Of a DNA stretch of 64,000 nt, positions 60,367 through 64,000 are shown in pieces. The translations under genes and the position numbers were made by a program. The stretch lies in the NCBI GenBank assembly GCA_963745075.1, contig CAVUWV010000024.1, forward strand, positions 256,001 to 320,000, written 5' to 3'. The first letter of the stretch is position 1. Each line of letters starts with the position of its first letter. Origin of the DNA: Candidatus Hydrogenedentota bacterium (GTDB lineage: Bacteria; Hydrogenedentota; Hydrogenedentia; Hydrogenedentales; SLHB01). The notes beneath the pieces are model-generated. The model was not told the origin of the DNA. It worked only from the letters and a program-made list of their open reading frames with translations, and made no database searches.

Positions 60367-61797
60367 TCAGATAACCTCCCACTCCTCGTTGGTCGATCCC
60401 TGGAAGATCCGGCGACGATCGGATTCAAGCACGTTGGGTCGCCGCTGCAAAGCCGTTTCGACAGCGGGAAATTCGTCGAAGCGCGCCTCACCTTGCGTGT
60501 AGCGCAGAATCAGATGCAGGTACAGGATCAGCCGCGCGGTGCGGAACTGGCGCGGGGAACTGCAATAAATCAGCAGGCCCTGTTCCATGGCGTGGCGTAG
60601 TCCGTCCGTGAAGGCGCGCGGCCGCTTCGCATCCAGTTCCGACCAGTCGAACAGATCCAGGTCCGGCGTCGCGCTTTGTTCGGCCTGGGCTGCCGCCTCG
60701 AACTCGGCTCCCAGCCGGCCGTACAACTCGACCAACCGATCGAACCAGTAGAAAATTGCGCGGTATCCTTCGTCGGAGAGGTCCAGCTCGATCCGTGCTT
60801 CATCGATGGTCGCGCAGGTCTGTTGCGCCAGATAGGCCTGCCGTTCCTCGTCCCCCTCGGGGATCATACGGACCCGGGCCTTTTCGGACGCGTCGCCGTA
60901 GTTAAAACTCTCGAGTACCGTCGCCAGCTCGAATTTACCAGTCGAAAGCAGTGCCAATTCCGTGAACAGCGGACCGGCCACGGCATCCTGTTCGAGGATG
61001 GCCTCCACCGGTGGCTGCGGCGCGAACAAGCCGGCGCCCCACTGGTCAAAGAGCTCGCGGAACAGAGCCGTTACCCGTTCGCCGCACCCATCCGCCGCTC
61101 CACTGGGGGGCGGGGCGAGGCGGCGCTTGATGGGGTTGGGCGGCGCGCCGGGCCTCCGAAGGATGTCGTGCTCAGCCAGGAACCGCAGCATGACCAAGCG
61201 GTCCATGGCCAACCACGCCGCTTCTTCCGGCGCGCGCCAGTCACCCATCAGGGTCTCCGTCCAGCGATGAATCCATTCGCGTAACTGCCGGGCCACGTAG
61301 CTTCGCGGTTGCCGACGAACTTCGTCCAGCGTCCCGGATTCGACATTCGAGCGCGCTAAGACATCCCCGAATTCAGCAACAAACGCCGCGGGGGTGTCGG
61401 CGTAGAGCAACAAGTCGTCGGACTTCGCGTCGTATAGATAGGATCGGAAGAGGTCCGTAACAAAGGCATAACGCGCGCCGAAGACCCGGTTCATGTCCGT
61501 CAGAGCCCGGGTGATAGGGCAAAAATCGAGCGCCTTCTTGACGACATTGCTCGGCGGGTCGAGCACGCCGGGTAACACGAAGTAGGCGACCATCGTGCTG
61601 TGGCCGCCGGAACGGATCACGTACGACAGGGTCGTCGGGTGACCCGGCACCGCCGCCGGCTCCAACTCCTCCGAGTCGCCCCATCCGAGCAAGGACAGGA
61701 ACTCTTCTGCGTAGAGATGCTGGTCTTCGCGGGTGGAATCCGCCAGTTTCTCCCACCACGATTCACACAGCCGCTGGATTGCGCTGGTTGTTCGCAT
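60367..61797 (-). CDS. Hypothetical protein resembling a catalytically degenerate type IIG restriction-modification N-terminal/MTase region
   Basis: FLSLLGW, AFVTDLFRSYLYD, DRLVMLRFLAEHDI, GAGLF, ARLILYL in the order seen in type IIG enzymes; no PD-ExK, DPACGSG or NPPY. Confidence 0.55.
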   Translation of the reverse strand: MRTTSAIQRLCESWWEKLADSTREDQHLYAEEFLSLLGWGDSEELEPAAVPGHPTTLSYVIRSGGHSTMVAYFVLPGVLDPPSNVVKKALDFCPITRALTDMNRVFGARYAFVTDLFRSYLYDAKSDDLLLYADTPAAFVAEFGDVLARSNVESGTLDEVRRQPRSYVARQLREWIHRWTETLMGDWRAPEEAAWLAMDRLVMLRFLAEHDILRRPGAPPNPIKRRLAPPPSGAADGCGERVTALFRELFDQWGAGLFAPQPPVEAILEQDAVAGPLFTELALLSTGKFELATVLESFNYGDASEKARVRMIPEGDEERQAYLAQQTCATIDEARIELDLSDEGYRAIFYWFDRLVELYGRLGAEFEAAAQAEQSATPDLDLFDWSELDAKRPRAFTDGLRHAMEQGLLIYCSSPRQFRTARLILYLHLILRYTQGEARFDEFPAVETALQRRPNVLESDRRRIFQGSTNEEWEVI

Positions 61798-61798
61798 G

Positions 61799-62404
61799 CT
61801 AAGCCACACCTTTCCCTTTTTGGACCGAATAGCCCGCGGCTTCGATTCGCCGCCAGATCACGTCGTCTCGTTTCCCGAGCAAGTCCAAACCTCGCGAGAG
61901 GTAATCGTCGATTCGTGCTGTCCTTTCCCGGAGTTCCTCCGCGAAATTTTCCCGGGACAGCGTTTCTACCGTGATGGATGGCGGGAGCGACACTTGCGGT
62001 AGCGTCGGGCCCGCTGCAACCAACAGGACCGTATTCGTATCTTCCCGATGAAGGGCGAGCAGAACATTCGGGTCGATGGCAACCGCTCCCCGTAGACGGT
62101 CCAGCGGAGTGGCCGCTTTTAACACGAGTGCCCGAAGTTCCTGAAACAACGAGAACATCACGTCGACCTGGTAGTACGCCCGGTTGCCTTCCGAATGCCG
62201 GTACAGCAATTCAATTGACTGTAAGCGCTCCAGCTCCCGCTGAACCGCCCGGATAGGTAGTCCCGTTGCGGCTTCGATCTGCCGCTGGTAGTACGCTCGC
62301 GTCGGGTCGACCATGAAGAGTCGAAGAATTGCCGCGCGCGCCTTGGAAGCGAACAATGTCGCTAACGCGGCGCCCGGCGTTTTTTCCCGATTTTGGGCGC
62401 TCAT
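61799..62404 (-). CDS. Winged-HTH protein with degenerate nucleotidyltransferase-like C-terminus
   Basis: LFASKARAAIL..F, AVQRELERL, GNRAYYQ, LFQELRALVLK; no GS..DxD motif. Confidence 0.7.
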   Translation of the reverse strand: MSAQNREKTPGAALATLFASKARAAILRLFMVDPTRAYYQRQIEAATGLPIRAVQRELERLQSIELLYRHSEGNRAYYQVDVMFSLFQELRALVLKAATPLDRLRGAVAIDPNVLLALHREDTNTVLLVAAGPTLPQVSLPPSITVETLSRENFAEELRERTARIDDYLSRGLDLLGKRDDVIWRRIEAAGYSVQKGKGVA

Positions 62405-62443
62405 CTACCCTACGGTACCCCTTACCCGAACGTGCCAACTGCG

Positions 62444-62657
62444 CTAGCCCGCATTTCTCACCGCCCGAGAGCCCTCGTCGTTCGGACCCACTTCCCTGGA
62501 AGCGGTGAGAAATGCTTGCCAGAAAAACTGTAGGCTCACTGTTGAGGAATTCTCACGCGCACTCCGTAACGCCCAAAGGCTCGGACCGGCATCTGAAGCT
62601 CCAGTACGGGTTCGGTTGCCATTCTACCTCCTGGTGCGTATGAGAATTCCGGGCTAG
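62444..62657. mobile_element. MITE-like element / IS-end remnant bounded by CTAG
   Basis: Terminal IR CTAGCCCGCATTTCTCA vs TGAGAATTCCGGGCTAG (15/17) plus two internal partial copies forming two hairpins. Confidence 0.6.
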
Positions 62658-63109
62658 ATGCGGAATCGGCCCTAACCCGACCTGCAGGCAATAGTATACA
62701 GTTCGTAGTCATCATTGTCAACAGCGATCCCAAAACCATTCGAGGTCGGATCGTCAGCAGCGGCAACTTGAGCGCTTGCACTCGATTCCGGCCTGTTTTG
62801 TATCCCTCCGTACTCGCGGAATTCGGGGATTCGGAGAATTTGAGCCAGCAAGTCACAGATTTCGCCCGAACCTTGCTTCAGACGGCCCCATGGAAATGAA
62901 AAAGTACCAGACGGTAGAATTGGGAGTCTTCGATATTACCGAAATGTATGATTTTGGGCGACGGCACACCATGACGTAATCCACGGCATTTTGTCCTTCG
63001 AGGTTGTCGGCCGGCGCACGCGGGACGACCTAATGGAATGACCGGCAATGTCTTAGGGGTGCGCCATCGCTGCTTTAGGCAGCTCCCCGCACCCGCGGCA
63101 TGTCCTACT

Positions 63110-63124
63110 TGGCATATTGCTTGC
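63110..63124 (+). promoter_or_regulatory. Sigma-54 promoter of the P-II/amtB operon
   Basis: TGGCATATTGCTTGC ~100 bp upstream of the P-II gene. Confidence 0.8.
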
Positions 63125-63195
63125 TCTTCTTCCTCGCCAAGTGCACTTATCCGGACGAAGACGTAGGAATGTCACTTACGGACATTTCGACTTAA

Positions 63196-63567
<372 letters not shown>

Positions 63568-63671
63568 TGCGCGCGAGCACTGGTCCGGAGCGGCGTGGCG
63601 AGCGCTCGCGGCCGGCACATGGGGAGCCTGGAGCGCAATCGCGCTCAACCGAAGAAAGAGGAGATCCTGTA

Positions 63672-64000
63672 ATGGGCTTGTTTCGTAAGATGACTTTCAC
63701 GTCGGCGGCTCGGTACGCGCGGGTTTTGCTACTGCTGATGGTGTTGTGCGCCCCGGTCCTTTCCGCAGCGGCCCAGGAGGCGACGGACGTTACCGTCGAC
63801 GTCGTTGAAAACGTCCCGGTTGCCGACACGGGCGACACGGCCTGGATGTTGACGTCCACCGCACTGGTGTTGTTCATGACCATTCCCGGATTGTCGTTGT
63901 TCTACGGCGGGCTGGTGCGAACCAAGAATGTCTTGTCGGTGTTGATGCAGTGTTTCACAATCACCGCCCTCGTGACGATTCTATGGTTCGCCTATGGATA
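63672..64000 (+). CDS. amtB: Ammonium transporter (5' part, runs off the window)
   Basis: Read by hand: DTGDTAWMLTSTALVLFMTIPGLSLFYGGLVRTKNVLSVLMQCF. Confidence 0.93.
   Translation, partial: MGLFRKMTFTSAARYARVLLLLMVLCAPVLSAAAQEATDVTVDVVENVPVADTGDTAWMLTSTALVLFMTIPGLSLFYGGLVRTKNVLSVLMQCFTITALVTILWFAYG

Noticed and set aside
62423..62437. Minus-strand TGGCACG as a sigma-54 promoter for the wHTH gene
   Set aside because: No -12 TTGC and too close to the start codon.
62536..62979. Short ORFs between the wHTH gene and glnK
   Set aside because: No RBS or recognisable motif; one overlaps the MITE-like element.

Overview
A ~60% GC bacterial chromosomal window; gene content (PEP-CTERM protein, planctomycete-type Ser/Thr kinase, CE15/GH95, DapL, UAP-type pyrophosphorylase, Pal/CpoB) suggests a diderm such as Hydrogenedentes or PVC, which is inference only. 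About 46 genes can be called. Housekeeping: dapL, pal, cpoB, purB, purO, gnd, tpiA, secG, murA, hisD, hisC, P-II, amtB. Also present: carbohydrate enzymes, a CzcCBA-type efflux operon, three sigma-54 promoters and several palindromic intergenic repeat families. Many genes, including gnd and hisC, carry small frameshifts, most likely assembly indels. No rRNA, tRNA, CRISPR array, transposase or integrase was seen. Main candidates for undescribed biology: (1) 53.1-54.7 kb, two tandem integrase-less integron-like units, each a homologous ~95-bp leader ending at GTT, one cassette gene and an attC with a mutated R' box; the second cassette gene (four-helix bundle) is bracketed by 37-bp inverted arms. 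(2) 0-4.3 kb, a pseudokinase coupled to a sigma-54 activator lacking its phospho-Asp, upstream of a PEP-CTERM gene. (3) 60.4-62.4 kb, an intact two-gene operon of apparently inactivated defence-enzyme homologues (wHTH-nucleotidyltransferase-like and type IIG RM-like). All family calls are from motif recognition, not database searches.
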